A stretch of 64,000 nucleotides of DNA from Phoronis australis (GCA_002633005.1 NMRA01000247.1:542201-606200), one strand, 5' to 3'. Shown: positions 1 through 14,674, counted from the stretch's first letter. Made by a program: numbers and translations. Notes: generated from the letters alone by a model not told the origin.

Positions 1-2304
1 CAACTATGTTATCGTCAGCTCTCGCTACAATTACATGAGTATAAGGTGCAATAATGAGTATTCTGTAACTGTTCAATACAATATTCTCCTGCCATTTCTT
101 GATACATTTGCCAATTATTAAGCTTTACTTCTTGAGTTCCTTATCTCCCGCCGGAAAATGTCTCAAGAAATTTGAAACAGTTTATCAAACAAAGTCATGC
201 AGTCGGCCGGAGCGGAGCAGCCAAAATTTCAGTGTCTGATTTAGTCGGAGGTCATTCTCCCCGGCCCACTTGACTCATTACTCCTAAAATTGGCATGGTC
301 ACACCAACGATTGACGGCGTACTGAAATTATCTTTTTCATTAATGCAGTGGTGGGCCGGTGACCCCGGTACGGGAGTCGGGTACCATATCACAGGCCTGC
401 AACCAACATTTTTAAGGGAGTTCGAATTGCACATTTTCTTTGACGGGAGGTTGAATTTCAAAAGTTTGTACCATAATTGCCAGCAGTGGTGTTCTTTTCT
501 AGTAAACCGGTTGTCCAAGTCAAACCGAAACTCCGAGTAGAAATTTGGGCCGCAGTTGTTTGGTTACTGGTCAACCCCTGTTCTCTCTTGCGTAGAACCC
601 ATTGCAGTGTAGGCCTATGCTGATGTCAAAACTTTGATACTGTATCTTTGCATTTTATCGGGATGTATCAAGTTAGCTGACATTTGGCGCGTGAGTTAAA
701 AACACTACATGTAGTACACTATAGGCAGGCATTCAGAGTTCATCAGTGAACGGGACGAGACGTCTACTCATAAATCGGCAAAAATAATCTGGAACATCAT
801 TCGGGGATTGAGAAATTATCAATAACTAAACTATTATGTGAAATCTGACAGGGAAGCAAATTGTTTTCATTAACTTTCCTTAGCAAACCGTACAAGCCGT
901 TGCACACGCACTTCAATCATGGCAATCCCCACCCCACAACTGCTTTTGACCCTTGTAATGACTCGTGGACATGGGATTAGCATTCGCCAGTTGCCAGGAA
1001 TCGTAGTAAGAAGGACGTTAAAAATTGGCGGCAATGAAGTGCGGTGAGTATGAAGTGTGAGTCTGAGTATGATTCTGGTCTGAAGTGTGAGTCTGAGTAC
1101 GGAGATTGGAGACCGGGGCCAGGTAAACTATAAGCACATGTCTTGGATTGTACAAATTTTTAAAATTATAATTATAATGAGATAATGAGAATTTGTAACA
1201 TATTTTTTCTAGTCTTAATAATTGAAAACGGCAGCTAAATATAAAAATCTCTTCTGTATAGAAACTCCCACGCTGCTGCTAGGCATACAAACTATCCCAG
1301 AATGCAACAGAGAGGAACTGGTGTGGGGAATGCGCATTGAGATTTGCACATTCGCTATTACAGTTCTCAATTTATGTACCTGTTTACTCAGACCATCAAT
1401 CAGAATATAGGCGCATGGGCCTAAATATACGGATATACAGCTAGAGTTCTCAATTTATATTACCTGTATATTCAGAGCCACAAAAGACACCAGACTGTAA
1501 TCTTCAATGACACCCACCAGTGCTTTGTTGAGCTTTTTAAATTTCATAAAGAAAGGATCGTCCTGAAAGAATTAAAACATTAAAATCATCAATTTAACAG
1601 ACGATAAAACAATGACACGTTTTCATTTAATGTAAACTTTTCAAAATGAAATCTCAATCAACAGATAATTGTGTTCACAAACAGAAATGTTGTTAGTGCA
1701 CTAAGTCAACTTACAAACAATGTGCATCATGTTCACCTGCATCAGGTGAGTCTGTGCACAGAATATTGTGCCCCCGAAAATGAGAAAGTGACTGCCATCA
1801 AGCATGGAAGACACTTCTTATTATTGGTTTGAGCAAAAAAGAACAAAAAATGACATATAAGTGATCTCAGATGCTCTTTTGAACATTTGCAGAGTTCACC
1901 GGCTTTTCACTTCAGGTATGTCAGTTATTTCATTTTTGGCTCTTGTCAATGAGGTTTGATGACTTAAGTTCTTGTTTAGCGACCTGGGAATTTTGCTGGG
2001 CAACATCTGGCTATTAGAGATGACATTATGCTAAGTGCCAGGCGAATGTTGATGTTATCTAAATACCCAATAACCTGTTACAAAAGATGGAAACTACAAA
2101 TTGTAATCAAACTGTCACCTGCATTCTTGTGGCTTTAGATTATGGATCGAATCTGTAACTTTCATTTTCACAAAATATTTTGAAAAACTTTGAACTAAAT
2201 TGCTGTTTTTAAATAAGTAATTGTAAATTGTTTTGATCATGGTAATTGTGCACGTGTGCAAATTACAAACAAAACTGAATCAACATAATGCAAACTCAAG
2301 TCAC

Positions 2305-2921
2305 CTGCATCTGATCCAGCAGATAAGACAGATCTAGCACGTCTGTGAAGAAGTCAATGTTGAAAGCAAGGCGCCCATAATGCTCCACCAAATCTGCCTT
2401 GGATAGTACATTGATGTGGGGCAGTGCAACCTGTAGCATGGTGGACAAGGATGTGAGGAGGACAGAGATGAACTTGCCAACATCACTACAGTAGTGTGAG
2501 TCCACTAAATGAACAGCAGCCAGACGATAGTCTTCCTTTGTGAGTGCATTGAGAATATTTTTTACAGAACTGTGATGGGTGTAGAGTTCAACTTGACCGG
2601 GACAGTCAAAGAGCACATAAGCATCGCCATGTGGTTTAAGTTTGGCAAGCAGCCAATCCAAGTTTTTTTCCAAGTATTCCATGCAGTAGATCAGACCCCC
2701 GTTTGGACCAAGTTTCACATACTCCATGACATCAGAAAGGGTAACTAATTCTGAGACGTCGATGTCTGGCGTGTATGGGACAACGTCGTTTGCTGGGTCA
2801 AGGTTCACAATAATGACCCTACGGCCTAGACCGTGCAGGAAATCGGCCATTCCCTTGCAATAAGTAGTTTTACCTGCACCTGGTGGTCCAATTACTACCT
2901 GCCCAAACATTTTTCGGGTGT
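2305..2921 (-). CDS. GPN2: GPN-loop GTPase 2, large exon; gene continues beyond the window start
   Basis: Translation [17 protein letters not shown] (P-loop), NLDPAN, LGPNGGL (GPN loop), [24 protein letters not shown], typical of GPN2. Acceptor tttcag ends at 2922; donor CAG|gtgact at 2304. Confidence 0.95.
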
Positions 2922-3572
2922 CTGAAACATATATAAGAGCTAATATCAATACATTACATACGCAATATCTCACAAAGACTTATGTGATCTTATCAACTTT
3001 ACTAGACACTAGACACTTAGATGTCTGGTACGATAACAGTTCAAATGCCTTTCTTACCAATTCCATTACTAATTAGTATTAAGCAAAGGAAGCCGTTGAG
3101 GAGAAATCTCCGTTGAAGGATATTAAGATATGAATGGTCTCCTAAGGTACCCCCTATGTACAAAATTTATCACAAAGTATGCCACCAAATTAAATACAGT
3201 AAATTAATCATTTAAAACAGATACACTTGCACTGACTGATCAACACATTCTGTCAGAGGGTAACCAACAGCAACTTCAGGAACAGCTCACGTCACAGAAA
3301 TGTGGACAGTCACAACAATAGTGCACTCAAGAATCACAGGAGAACATTTCCAGCAAAGACGACTGCTCAACTGTTTGAATGTCTGTCAACCAAAATGCAA
3401 TTTTTGCATGTTCATAACAAAACTGGTAATTCTTTCTGCTCGTCACCTTGTCATGAAACTCATACCAACATGCACTGAAAAAGGTGCATGAAAATCTGGG
3501 ACGCAGTCAACAGTTACCTTGCCATTTACAACTATTTTAGTAAAAACAATGTAATAAAAATTATTATCTTGA

Positions 3573-4402
3573 CATAGGCGGATTTAGGGGGGGCCCAGGG
3601 GGCCCGCCCCCCNCGGAACACGGCGCATTCGTAACGGAACTATGGCTAAGTGTAGGCTCTCCCGCGATATCCCAGGCGACTGGCAGTGGCGCTGCGCACT
3701 ACGACTCCGTTTCCGTCGTCTGCTCCACTGTGCAATGGAGAAAATTTACTTCATTTTTTAAAGAAAATGGAACCTGAGTGACGATGAAAAAACAGAAGGT
3801 GCTGGTAAGATGTGAATTTTAATCGAAGCCTAAGTGAATCACTCAGAAACTCATTAATTCTCTCTTTGTCAAGCCTTAATTTAAAACGATTTCCAAAGCA
3901 ATCCCGTCATTATTGCCAACACGAAAAAAGGATTTGGTCTTTTGGGCATTTGAAGACTATTTTGAATATAACAAATTTGTTAAGAACCAATTACACAAAA
4001 TATAAAACGTGTAATAAGCATTATAAAAAGAAGTAGGTTTCGCGCGCAAACGCTGTGGACCATAAACAAGTAGGTCTCTTAGTTTCTGTTTGTTAGTGAA
4101 GTCGTGGTGGTGTAGTGGTAAAGCACGCGCGTCCTATCAGCCAGGTCGTGAGATCGAGTCTGTGAAACTCGCAATTTTTCCTGTGTGACACGCTCTCCGT
4201 TTTTTTTTCCTTTTTTTCTTGGATAATACATCAGAAATCAAGGAAAATGCTTGATTTTTAGAGGAAAAAACAGAAAAATTTCCCCCCTCCCGACCTCCCC
4301 CCTTTCGGTGCTGTGCGCATCTACAATCGTGGTTTGCGCAAATGCTTACAGCCGGAGAAAATGGTGGCCCCCCCCCCCTGTAATATCCTAGATCCGCCTC
4401 TG
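3573..4402 (+). mobile_element. Non-autonomous hAT derivative in GPN2 intron 1
   Basis: TIRs CATAGGCGGATTTAG / CTAGATCCGCCTCTG. Internal ~3740-4070 is clearly similar to the reverse complement of ~44430-44780, the 5' end of the hAT at 39503-45110. TSD is not intact. Confidence 0.8.
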
Positions 4403-4730
4403 ACATTACCACCATCCCAACTGGCCCCAATAGAGACGGTGCTCGTCTTATAGGGCCTTCGTACCTTGGGAGCTTTTTGGTGAATTATGGCTCATACCTG
4501 TCATGTTGCTCTAAGTGCCTTTTGAATATAGTACACCTTAGAAGGTAGGTAACACATAGCTCCTTAGTTTGCTTTACAAGGGCTACAGTACTCCTCATGA
4601 GTTTTTGTACTAATCTTATCAGTCCATGTATTTCAAATGGGTTGTAGTCGAAGTACATTGACCACATAAGGTTTTCACCTCCTCATAAACACATTTTATA
4701 CTAACAAGTGTCTCTTAAAAAAGCACTTAC

Positions 4731-4764
4731 TTTCTTCACCGATAATTTCTGGTTTTATATACAT
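4731..4764 (-). CDS. GPN2: Probable first coding exon of GPN2 (MYIKPEIIGEE)
   Basis: ATG at 4764 and a strong A|gtaagt donor at 4730. The phase-1 end joins in frame to the exon at 2921 (..EE-N-TRKMFGQ). CpG-rich sequence with CACGTG lies just upstream (~4830-4920). The ATG at 2910 is an alternative start. Confidence 0.55.
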
Positions 4765-5689
4765 CCCTGATGATGACTTCGGTGAAAAATTCTAACTCCG
4801 TTTTTCTTTGGTCACCTTTAACTTTTTTACCATGCGCGATAACCACAATGATTTTCCATTAAAGTCACGCGAGTTAGGCAACAAAAGGTGTGAGACTGAG
4901 CAAAGCACGTGACCGGGCGAACCACACTTGCAAAAAGTAGCATATTGGACTTTTTGTTCCTCGACAGGTGCGATTTCACGTATTTTCTACAAATTGGCAC
5001 CCTGTGAGGGAAGCTCAAGTGAACCGCGACAGATTTTCATGGAAATGTTCAAATTTTGCCAAGTTGAAGTGTTTCCAGAGTCATGTTAATTGTAAATCAA
5101 TGAGTATATATGCATGTTTCACATGCTGTTATTCACTGCATTTTGAGACAAGCAACAATTTACAGGGGAAAGTGGCATCCACAGGCAATGTAATTGCCCA
5201 CTTAAAGGAAAACGTTGATGTCTTTAACTGTTCCAAGCTAAAACAATCCAAATACTCCCGCAATCACACTTTTTTGAACAGTCCTTTGTTCGTTGCCCAA
5301 ATCGGCAACTGGCCAATTTAATACTGCTCGTGCCAGGAGATATGATGTTGTATCTCTTGGACTCAGAAGTGCAACAATAATGGTGGTCCTACTGTCTCAG
5401 TCTGACTCCGGCTTTTGAAACAAAGAAGTTTGAAATTGGCTTTTAAAATAACAGTACATTCTTTATGTCGAATTCGAGTCACTAACTAGGTGCAACGAAA
5501 ACTTTTAGTGCAAATATGTTTATTCTTGACTACCAATTTAAACATTCAAAATGTGTTGATTTAGTAAAAAAATATATTCTCTTTACCAAAATACTCATCA
5601 TACCTCGAATGGTGTGTCGACAAATATTGTTATTATATTTATTATTACTTATTTTTCCATAATTCTCATGTGATTGATTGTATAACCGG

Positions 5690-6140
5690 TTCCCGATTTT
5701 GGGAACACAACGAAGGATTGCTCGAAGAAAAAGTTTGATAACTGGAGTATTTGTTTGTTCTCCTAATGTGTCCCTCTATGTGCAACGTGACTTTGATGTT
5801 TAAATCAGTGCGAGGCACAATTCGCCGAAAAGTTTCCGACCAGCTAGTAGTCACTGTCTATATAGTAACACTCTAGACAGTGTCCACCGTCTCTAGCTGA
5901 CTACAGACGGTGTAGCGCCTGTAGGTTCATACGCTGGAAGCTTTTCGGCGAATTATGCCTCAGACTGACTAAAACATTAAAGTCCCGTTGTTATAAGTAG
6001 TTTGAACATAAAGGGACACCTTAGGGGGCTGTCGATGCATTTAATTCCTTCCAGCTCAAAGAAATACTCCCATTATCAAACTTTTTCTTCTAGCAGTCCC
6101 TTGTTTAGTCCCCAAAATCAGTAACTCGCCATTTTTAACA
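5690..6140. repeat. Inverted-repeat (foldback/MITE-like) dispersed repeat
   Basis: ~5700-5840 is an imperfect reverse complement of ~5935-6125. Related pieces occur at ~5260-5370, ~8000-8260, ~51230-51583 and ~57679-58100. Confidence 0.6.
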
Positions 6141-9100
6141 CAACGCAAGAAAGGTGGTATGATGTCATATCTCTTGGTGTGTGCAGTGTAAAAATTGTGA
6201 GTTACCGATTTTGGCTGGCATTGAGACAGCCATTTTTAAAAAAATGACGGCTTGGACGGCATGGCTAAGACAGAAAAAAGACGGCCTTTTTCAAGACAAC
6301 CTCGGCGTAAATGACGCTTGAATGAAGAATTTTAGCATTTATGATTAATAAATTTTATTGAAACCTACAATCCATTGTTTTAGTTTGATAAACATTCAGA
6401 AATAACTCAACATTACAGACTACTGTGATCAATTTTTACTGCATCAGCAAGTACTGGGAGCCATGGTTTTGGGGTAATACCTTACTGTTCTGTGACGTCA
6501 TGGTGACCTCATACGGAATCCCCCATGTGGCGAGTGTGAAGAAATATTGCATCCAGCGCTAACTAACCCGCACATGGACACTTAATCTTTGAAACTGAAG
6601 TACACAAATCTGAAGTTCAAAAGATTTGCCGTACTCTTAATGCTAATTGCCGACGCTGAAGTTGAACTCTCAACGTGTATTCGACAGAGCAGCCAATTTG
6701 AAATAGTACATGATGAAAAAATGAAACCCACTGACTAACCTGCTGTACAAATGCCACCAATGTTACTGAACATGCAAACCAGATAAAACTTAGCGCAAAC
6801 TTCCTTAATTTGTTCGCACTGTTCCGAATGAATGAATGAAAAATCCACCAGGGCCGAATGGCGGCTACTGATGCGCGAGGACGAGGCGCAAACTTCATGA
6901 GAAAAAGCAAAATGTTTCGTCTAATGTTGGTTACGTATTCAATGATTAACTTAGCAGGAAAGTAAAAGCCTCGAAATACTTCAACTTTTTGCGGAATTCC
7001 ATGATTATTGGGCGTTTTGAGTTTGCTGCGTTTTGCACTGTTTGCCATATATGAAAATGGAGGTCACCCACTGAACCAGGATGGTATTTGGCTCTTAAAA
7101 CTGCTAGTATATGGTTCTTCTTTCGAATAAATGTATTGTAGCATAGTAGGAAATACTGTGATGACTTTGGACCAGGTAAGTGCCAATTTCAACAAGGCGT
7201 CCGTTTATAATGAACTGCAGAAGACGCTAACAACCACGATGTCTCTGGTGACCACTGGCGACACTCGTAGCCAAACTCCAGGCGACTCCAATTTGTGAGT
7301 TAAGCGCTCAGAAAAACGATTGGAAAATGTAAAAATAAGAGCGCCAAATTCAAACATGATATTTTTTGCTAGTCATCTTATACGAGGCCAAGTCCGGGTA
7401 CACAAGCGCGAGTGCAAATATGCCGTCACTCCTATTTTCGAGTGGAGATTTTCTCCTGTGTCGTGCACTAGTGGGCACGAGTTGCAAATTTGTTGAGAAT
7501 ATTTGTTCACTGTAGACTTGTGAATTGCAATACTGTGTGATGTATTCAAATGTAGGTGCATGTACTCAAGGATATATTTCTCCATGTCCTTTCAAATGCG
7601 ACTTCATTGTTTCTCATCAGTTTAAATTTTCTTCCTTAACTGCATTAAAGTAACACACTTCTTTTATGAGAGCTTCAAGATACATTGAGTTCTGAAGTCA
7701 TGCTGTGGATTATCTGTCTAAAGTGCAACTCTACAGATTATCTTACAAAAAGAATTACAGATTTTGATTTTTTCAGTCTGGTGACAATGCACACATCCTG
7801 AATGGAATAAACCTTTTGATGTTTGTTTAGTTTCATTCTTTGTCGTCCTTTGAACAAGAATAAAACATGTAAACCCTTTTAATATAAATTACAATTTTTC
7901 CCTCAGCAAGAGGGGGAAACCCCCGCCCCCTGACCTCCGCCTTGACACGTCATTCTCACAAATTTGGACCCCATTTTTTCAAATCCTAGATGAGTCCCTG
8001 GTGCTCAAAGAAAAAGTTTGATAACCGAACTGTTTTTTCAAGAAGGAAGGATTAAGTACATTGACTACCTCTTGAGCTGAGGTGTCCCTGCGCAAAAGGT
8101 ATATTTATAACAACGTGACTTTGATGTTTTAGTCAACTTGAATGTGAGGCATAATTCACCAAAAAGCTTCCAGCGTATGAAACTCCTATAGGAGCTCCAC
8201 CATCTCTACTGGGCCAGTAACAGACAGTGATCACTGTCTACTGGAGACGGAGGTCACTGTCTAGCACATGCACCTTTAATAATTAGCCCTCGACGATGTG
8301 CTATGATGAAAGGTTTCCAATGCTCTCCAATGTGGATGCCCGCCAGGTACTTCCGGAACAGCTCCAATCATGTCAAATCTCACAGAAATTTAAGTAAGAT
8401 AGCAGTTGTATACCTTTCTCTTTATTTATACTATCGACCGTCTAGGGCTAATAAACTAATCAAAGTTGCCTGAGGCTGTGCTGTCTAGTAACACTCCAGA
8501 CACATTTGCTTGATTTTTTGCAACACCTCATTTTCAAGTCTGAGATATCAGTCTTACTATTTCCTGAGCTGATTTACAGTTTAAGCTTTTGCCCTCAGGC
8601 TGTCACAGTCAGTTAAAACCACAGGCACTTTTGACAGCCGCTTGACATGATACCAAACAGAAGAGTGAATGTACACTTAGGATAGGGCGCCGCCATCTTT
8701 TTTGAGCAGTACCACCTGGCGATGAAAACACTACAGCGACACCTGTGTGGTAATTTACCACACAAGTCACCGTCACATGCGGATATCAGCCGGACTGATT
8801 CAATCACTGTGCATTCCGTGAAATCAATTTTCCATGTGCAAAACGCAAATCAAAAATCAGATTTTTGTTCATTATCCTATTCCGAGTATGCAAAAAGAAA
8901 AATCGAAAGCACTGTGTACAAACAACCCAACAAAATTTAGTAAATTAATTTTGTGTTCACTCTGCCCGCGTATTTTTATCATTTTTTGGTTTATTAAATC
9001 ACATTGCATACCAATGAAAAGCCCAGTCATTCTGCTTTCCAACGATACGACACATTCCGTCAATAGATGAAATAATTAGTAAGTTTGCTGCCAAAGAGGT

Positions 9101-9669
9101 CTTGGTCTCAAAGTGAATATTAGAAATTCAGTTGGAGCTAAATTCGAGTTTGGGGGGTATTCAGCTTTTTCAATAGAAGTTCCAGTGCTGGTTCCATAGA
9201 AATAAAAACTTACGACAATTTGGCATAATTTGAGAAAACCTGGAAAATCACAAAATTTTGGCTGAGGTAAATTTTGACAATGAGGCTTTACTAAGGGTAT
9301 GAAATAGTAAAGGAAAAAGTAATTTTGAAAAATCCTTAAAAGGTTTTGGCGTGAATTTCAGTACATTCAATATTCCCATGTATTCCTATGGGAGAATGGC
9401 TAACGTGTCTGTCATTTCAAAAGGCTTTTATTAAAAGCGGTACCAAACTATTTAGAGCAGCCTATTTTCCTACACCAAACCAAGATGAAACGAAAGAATC
9501 GTCAAAACCGTGGGAGCTTTTATAAGTTTCTGTGAAATACCACCCAATACGTATTATTTTACCAATTATATGAAGCTCTCCTGCATTGTAGGTAATACGC
9601 AGTTCACCCAAGACGTCATTCGCGTCTGTGACATCAAAAACATTGCACCTAATGCCTGCGCTACGTCAT

Positions 9670-9931
9670 CAGCGCGCACCCAGGGGGGTGGGGGGGGGGC
9701 TCCAACGAGCCCCCCATTTGCCGAAGTGGGCAAAAAAGTCTACCCCCGAGAGACAAAAAGTCCGAGAAAATGGAACAAAAGCCCACTAAAGAAGCGCAAA
9801 CGCGCAATTCACTGTGGTGCTCCCGTTTCCTTTTTTTTTTTTTTTAACTCCGCCCTCTCTCTTTTGTTAGCAAGAGGTCCACAACGTCGGGAATTTGAGC
9901 CCCCCCATATTGAAGGCTGGGTGCGCGCATG
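9670..9931. mobile_element. MITE with 5-bp TSD (hAT5-like)
   Basis: TIR CA(T)GCGCGCACCCAG / CTGGGTGCGCGCATG; GTCAT on both sides (9665-9669, 9932-9936). Confidence 0.8.
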
Positions 9932-12187
9932 GTCATGAGTTTGATTCAATTTCCGCTGGTGTGCAAAAGTGTGCTAGTAAAATGTTCGTATCATTATTCA
10001 AGCTCGTAAATCCAAAAACCAGCGTTTTCTTAGTTCTTTGCTCAGCGCTGTCACGTCGGACCGTGTTTTGGACTCCCGAAACGATACGATACGGTAAATA
10101 ATATACAAATTAAGCAGTTTCTAAGCCTGAACAGAGATGCCATGGTTTAAAAAACTCGGCCTTTACAACCTAAGTTTTCAAAATAAAGACAACATTGAAA
10201 ACCCTTTTGTAGATTTGCATACTTGGAAAAAGACGATCGTTTTGTGGAGATTCGACCGGAACTCCCAAAATTCACCACAGTTTAGAGAAAAATTATCGGA
10301 AAGGCAGCCGGAGGGACACATAATGAACCTTTCAGTGAGGGGAGGAATGGGTTGTGAAAATTACGGTAAAGTCGCGCGATTTTCGGACACTCAAAATTAA
10401 TTCCAATAGAAAAAAACATTCTTGGACGAATCTCGCGAAACATCATTTTTGTAGTGTCCGAATTTGGCGAACCTCCAAATTTGGTTTTCCGCTCGTGTCC
10501 GAATTTCGTGGGTGTACATTATTACGATGAGCGGTCATAGTATCAACATTACTGGCTCGGTCATTTGATAGCAGTATAAGTGCTGGTCAATGGGTCTCAA
10601 CGGTATGCGCGATTAATTTTTGAAAAAACTAGCTTTCCCAATAAGAAATTTGCGTTGTCGGCGCACAAAGAACGTTCAGTCCCGACATGTATTGGTTCTT
10701 CTTTTCAAAAATGCGCTTTCTCAATATGAAATATTCGGCTTGCATTACCTGTCGCGTGCCGGTACTCAAAAATTTTTCTTGTCAAGTGGCGGATTTTTTT
10801 CAGTAATGCGCTATCTCATTTGAAATATCGGGCTGCGATGTGAAAAAAGAGTGTTCCTGGTGATAAATATGGGCTTTCCAATGAGTGGGTCTGGTTAGCG
10901 TTGTTGACGCACATGAAACGTCCCATTCAACTGATTCTTTTATGTAAAAATGCGTTTTCTCAATAAAAAATGTCGAGTTTGGTTGTCAACGCACAAAGAC
11001 CACTCCAATAAGTGCTTTTTTCAATGTGGTTTTCCAATAAAAGGCTGGACTTGCGTATTCGACACACAAAGAGGGTTCCTGACCGTCAAAACATGCGCTT
11101 TCTCAATTTTAACGAATTTTGCGATAAAGGTAACAACAATGGATGTGGGACGAGTGCAATGAAGAAAGTGATGGACAATGACGAGAACAGAGTATATATT
11201 TATATTTACATTTCTTAAACGCATCCGTGGGTCTGCTATAGTTACAAACCGAAACGCACGTTCACTCTGACACCTTTATTTCCATATTAACTGAAAGCTC
11301 ACGTCGAATGATTGCAAAGACAATCATGATAGTGAAATGAGTAGTTTCTCATCCACTCGTGATCTCGATTCATCGCTTAGGTAGTTATCTGAATTGTTGA
11401 AAAAGTGCATCTTACTAGTATACTCGGGACCACTGTCGTTTTACATATTTAGGCCTACTGCAAAAGATGGGAATGTGTCGACTCGTACAGTGCTGCGCGG
11501 CTGAAGACACTATTAGCTAACATATTGTATATAGAAGGGCGTGGTCTAGACAGCGAATGCAATTTCAAATGCTACCAACACCAAATTCACCCAACCGTTC
11601 TTTACAAGTAAAACCTTTCTCATCCAAAGCCTTTGAAACGCCCAATGTTAACTTAGTGATACACTGACGCGTCTTCATGCAACTTAGGTGACCCAACACA
11701 TCTGGGTTCGATTTTAATGACAGGCTTAACTGCTGACAGTGAAAACTCTTGTGAAATCTGTTTGTGGATGAAATGAAACTGATAATCGTTAACATTTTCT
11801 GATAATCTGGGTGGAAGATAACAGGGCCGCTTCTTCTGATCGTCACCAGTTTAACGCCGTCCACGGTCGTCACCAATTTCACACAGCTCTCCCTCAGTCA
11901 CCTGCTGCACACCAATGTCGATTTTGTGCCACTAATTCTACGAGTGTCGTCTAGGTGCACACCCCTCTGCTAAGACCGTGGTTGCGCACGTTGGAACAAT
12001 AGGTTCTTCGACTTGAAGAAAAACGAAAACATTGGGACAGCGTGAACTCATGAAATACGTAAATCAGGCAATTCCAAGAACCGCTCCACTATTTTCTACT
12101 TAATTTTCCACTTCTTTCTTAATATATACTTAACCAATTACAATCCTTTTCATTTCATTGCGTCATATATTCGCTACAGTTAATTAC

Positions 12188-12457
12188 CATGGGCGCACTC
12201 GGGGGGAGGGGCTCGGGGGCACGAACGAGAACCCCAAATTGGCGGATTTGGCAAAAAGGTCCGCCTCAGTGAAACAAAAAGTCCGAGCAAAAGAGACAAA
12301 AGCCCACAAAACCCACGGGAAGTCGGCGCGGATGCACGGTTAGTGGGACTGATTATAGTGACCCCGTTTTTTTAGTCCTCGTTGATTTCCTTCAGTAAAA
12401 GGTATGCATATCGAAAAATTCGAACCCTCCATACATTTTAGGCTGGGTGCGCGCATG
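12188..12457. mobile_element. MITE, same family as 9670-9931
   Basis: TIR CATGGGCGCACTC / GGGTGCGCGCATG; flanks ATTAC / GTTAC; similar internal sequence. Confidence 0.75.
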
Positions 12458-14674
12458 GTTACGGACAATAGTTCTTCCTACTGGTCTTTGCTGATGGACG
12501 TCACACACTTCTGCTAAAATTTAAAGTATGAACAACCGCGAGTTTACTGAAGTCTTATTGTAAGTACAGAAATGTTGAAGAATAACAGTGACTATCTGAA
12601 GAGGGGAATACATAACAAAATAAAATATGGAAACACCAAACAAAAATCAAAACAACACTTACCTGTTGTAATAACGCCTTAAACGCGAACGTACTGAGCG
12701 ACTTGCATAAACGGAATGTTAGTTGAACATGTTAGTTGAACAAAACTGTCTCAATGAAATTTTCATGGTTTACAGGTTTAAGAAGATCCACCGTAGATTT
12801 CCGTATATAAGCCCAGCAGAATATATGCCCAGTTTGCGTATCTTCAATTTTTCCCAAAAATATACCTGGGATGCATATCTGAGAATAAAAAAGCATGTTT
12901 GAAATATATTTAGGGCGAGCTACAGTATTTATACTATGTTCGTGTATTCGATATTGCCGAGTATAGGACTTGGTGTATTTTTATATCCGACTTTTGGTTT
13001 CCGAACTTATATACGGAAAGCGCTGGTAATACTTCCCAAAATTATTTACCCTTGCTGCAGGTAACGCGTCACCTCGTGTAAAAATAGAAGAATAATAATT
13101 AGCAATGTAACGGTCATCTCTTTCGAATCAAACACAATTAAATACACTTACAGCTGAAATGCTAATAAAACTATCTTAGGTAACATATTCTGTAGTTTAA
13201 AGTCATATGATCCGTTTGTAGACGTTTTAAAAACATCGTGAATCTGCATAAAAACCATTGAAACATACTCTCTGACACTTAATTAGAACTTTTCGTAAGT
13301 ATGGGGTCGATCTGCTGCCTGTACATATTTTTTCTTTTNGCCTTCGGACGTAACACTTCATAGATCTACCTCTCCCCGCCATTTGTAAAAATTCTGTTGA
13401 CCTCTAGATCTGTGGCTGCGCATGCGTTGTTGTAATGTTTATAATCTGTTTAGCGGTCGGGATACTAAATTCTTTGTAAACATTTCATTCGTTTGTAGTA
13501 TTTACAACGATTTTTTTTCAAACTTTTTGCACAAGTTGAAAGTTAATAACTTTTTGAACTCCATGTCACATCAAAAAACCGGCTTAAACGGCGTTAAGAG
13601 GTTTTTTCTTCTATAACTCGGACCATAGGCCTTTAAGATCACGTTTTTTTTTTGTCTCAAAACTATCAACTGAAGGCGGTGACTTGGACAAGAAGACAAC
13701 AAGGTCATGTGAAAAGTAGATATGGAACTCCTGGTCGGAAACACCTATCAGGTTCCAGGCCCGTTGCATCGGACTGCAGGTCCAGTATTCTTGTTAGCCT
13801 AGGATCACAAGAAGCAACGACTACCAAATCTGACTTAACTGACTTGTCATTTCTCGAAATTGGTGGAGATTTTCTTAGTCGCCGCAGACAGAGAGTGTCA
13901 CAGGGTACCAGTGTCTTTGTCTGGATTTATCTTAATGTTGGGACACCATGGAGTCCAGGGTGTTGTACCTCAGACGGTACAAGGCGCGAATTAACAAGAC
14001 CACATGTACACAGACCAGTGGATGAGCAAGCAAGATTGGGCCACCGCAATTTCAGTCTTTCTTAGGTCTACATAGTGGTAAAGCTCGTAACGCTAGGACG
14101 TCGCTAAAAAGCAAGAATTCATGAGATTAGTGATATATTGTCTTGTATTTTAATTGAAAACGCGTGATTTTGGTTAGATTTTTCTAGTCCCAAGAAAGCT
14201 ACTGAACTCTACTAGCCTGCGTCGAGGGGCTCAAGGGTGAGAATCTCACGAGTACGCAAGACTGAAGACTTCGAGAGGTATGGTCAGGTATTGCAAGCGA
14301 AGCACACGACCACACTAGCTTCCTTTGCGAGATTCTTTCATCTGTGATGCACATCGGCGAGAGCAACAGGGAATTTGTGGTTACGTGGATGTACCGTAGT
14401 TTTTGATATGTGTTAGTACAGAGCAAAGCATTTTGCGGGCGAATGGGCATAAGACGGGTGCAATATCTCTGTAACAATTGGGTGTGCGCGGCCCGTCGTT
14501 TGTGTTGGGCTGTGTACTGCTTAACACGCAACGGCGTTTTTACGCGAATGAGCATTGCCAAGAAGACAATTACGAAGTGGCACTGAAAAACGAAAGACGT
14601 TTGAACTGCATACAGATTTTTACTGAAAAATTTTCGTTTCAACCCAAAAATTGCATTGTCAAATGCACTGAATT

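Noticed and set aside
3515-3526. ATG GCA AG|gtaact mini-exon upstream of the large GPN2 exon
   Set aside because: Its phase-2 end would be out of frame with GPN2.
8613-8700. AAGATGGCGGCGCCC (MAAP..) as the GPN2 start
   Set aside because: It has only a weak donor; the exon at 4764-4731 has a perfect donor, the right phase and an adjacent CpG-rich region. Not fully excluded.
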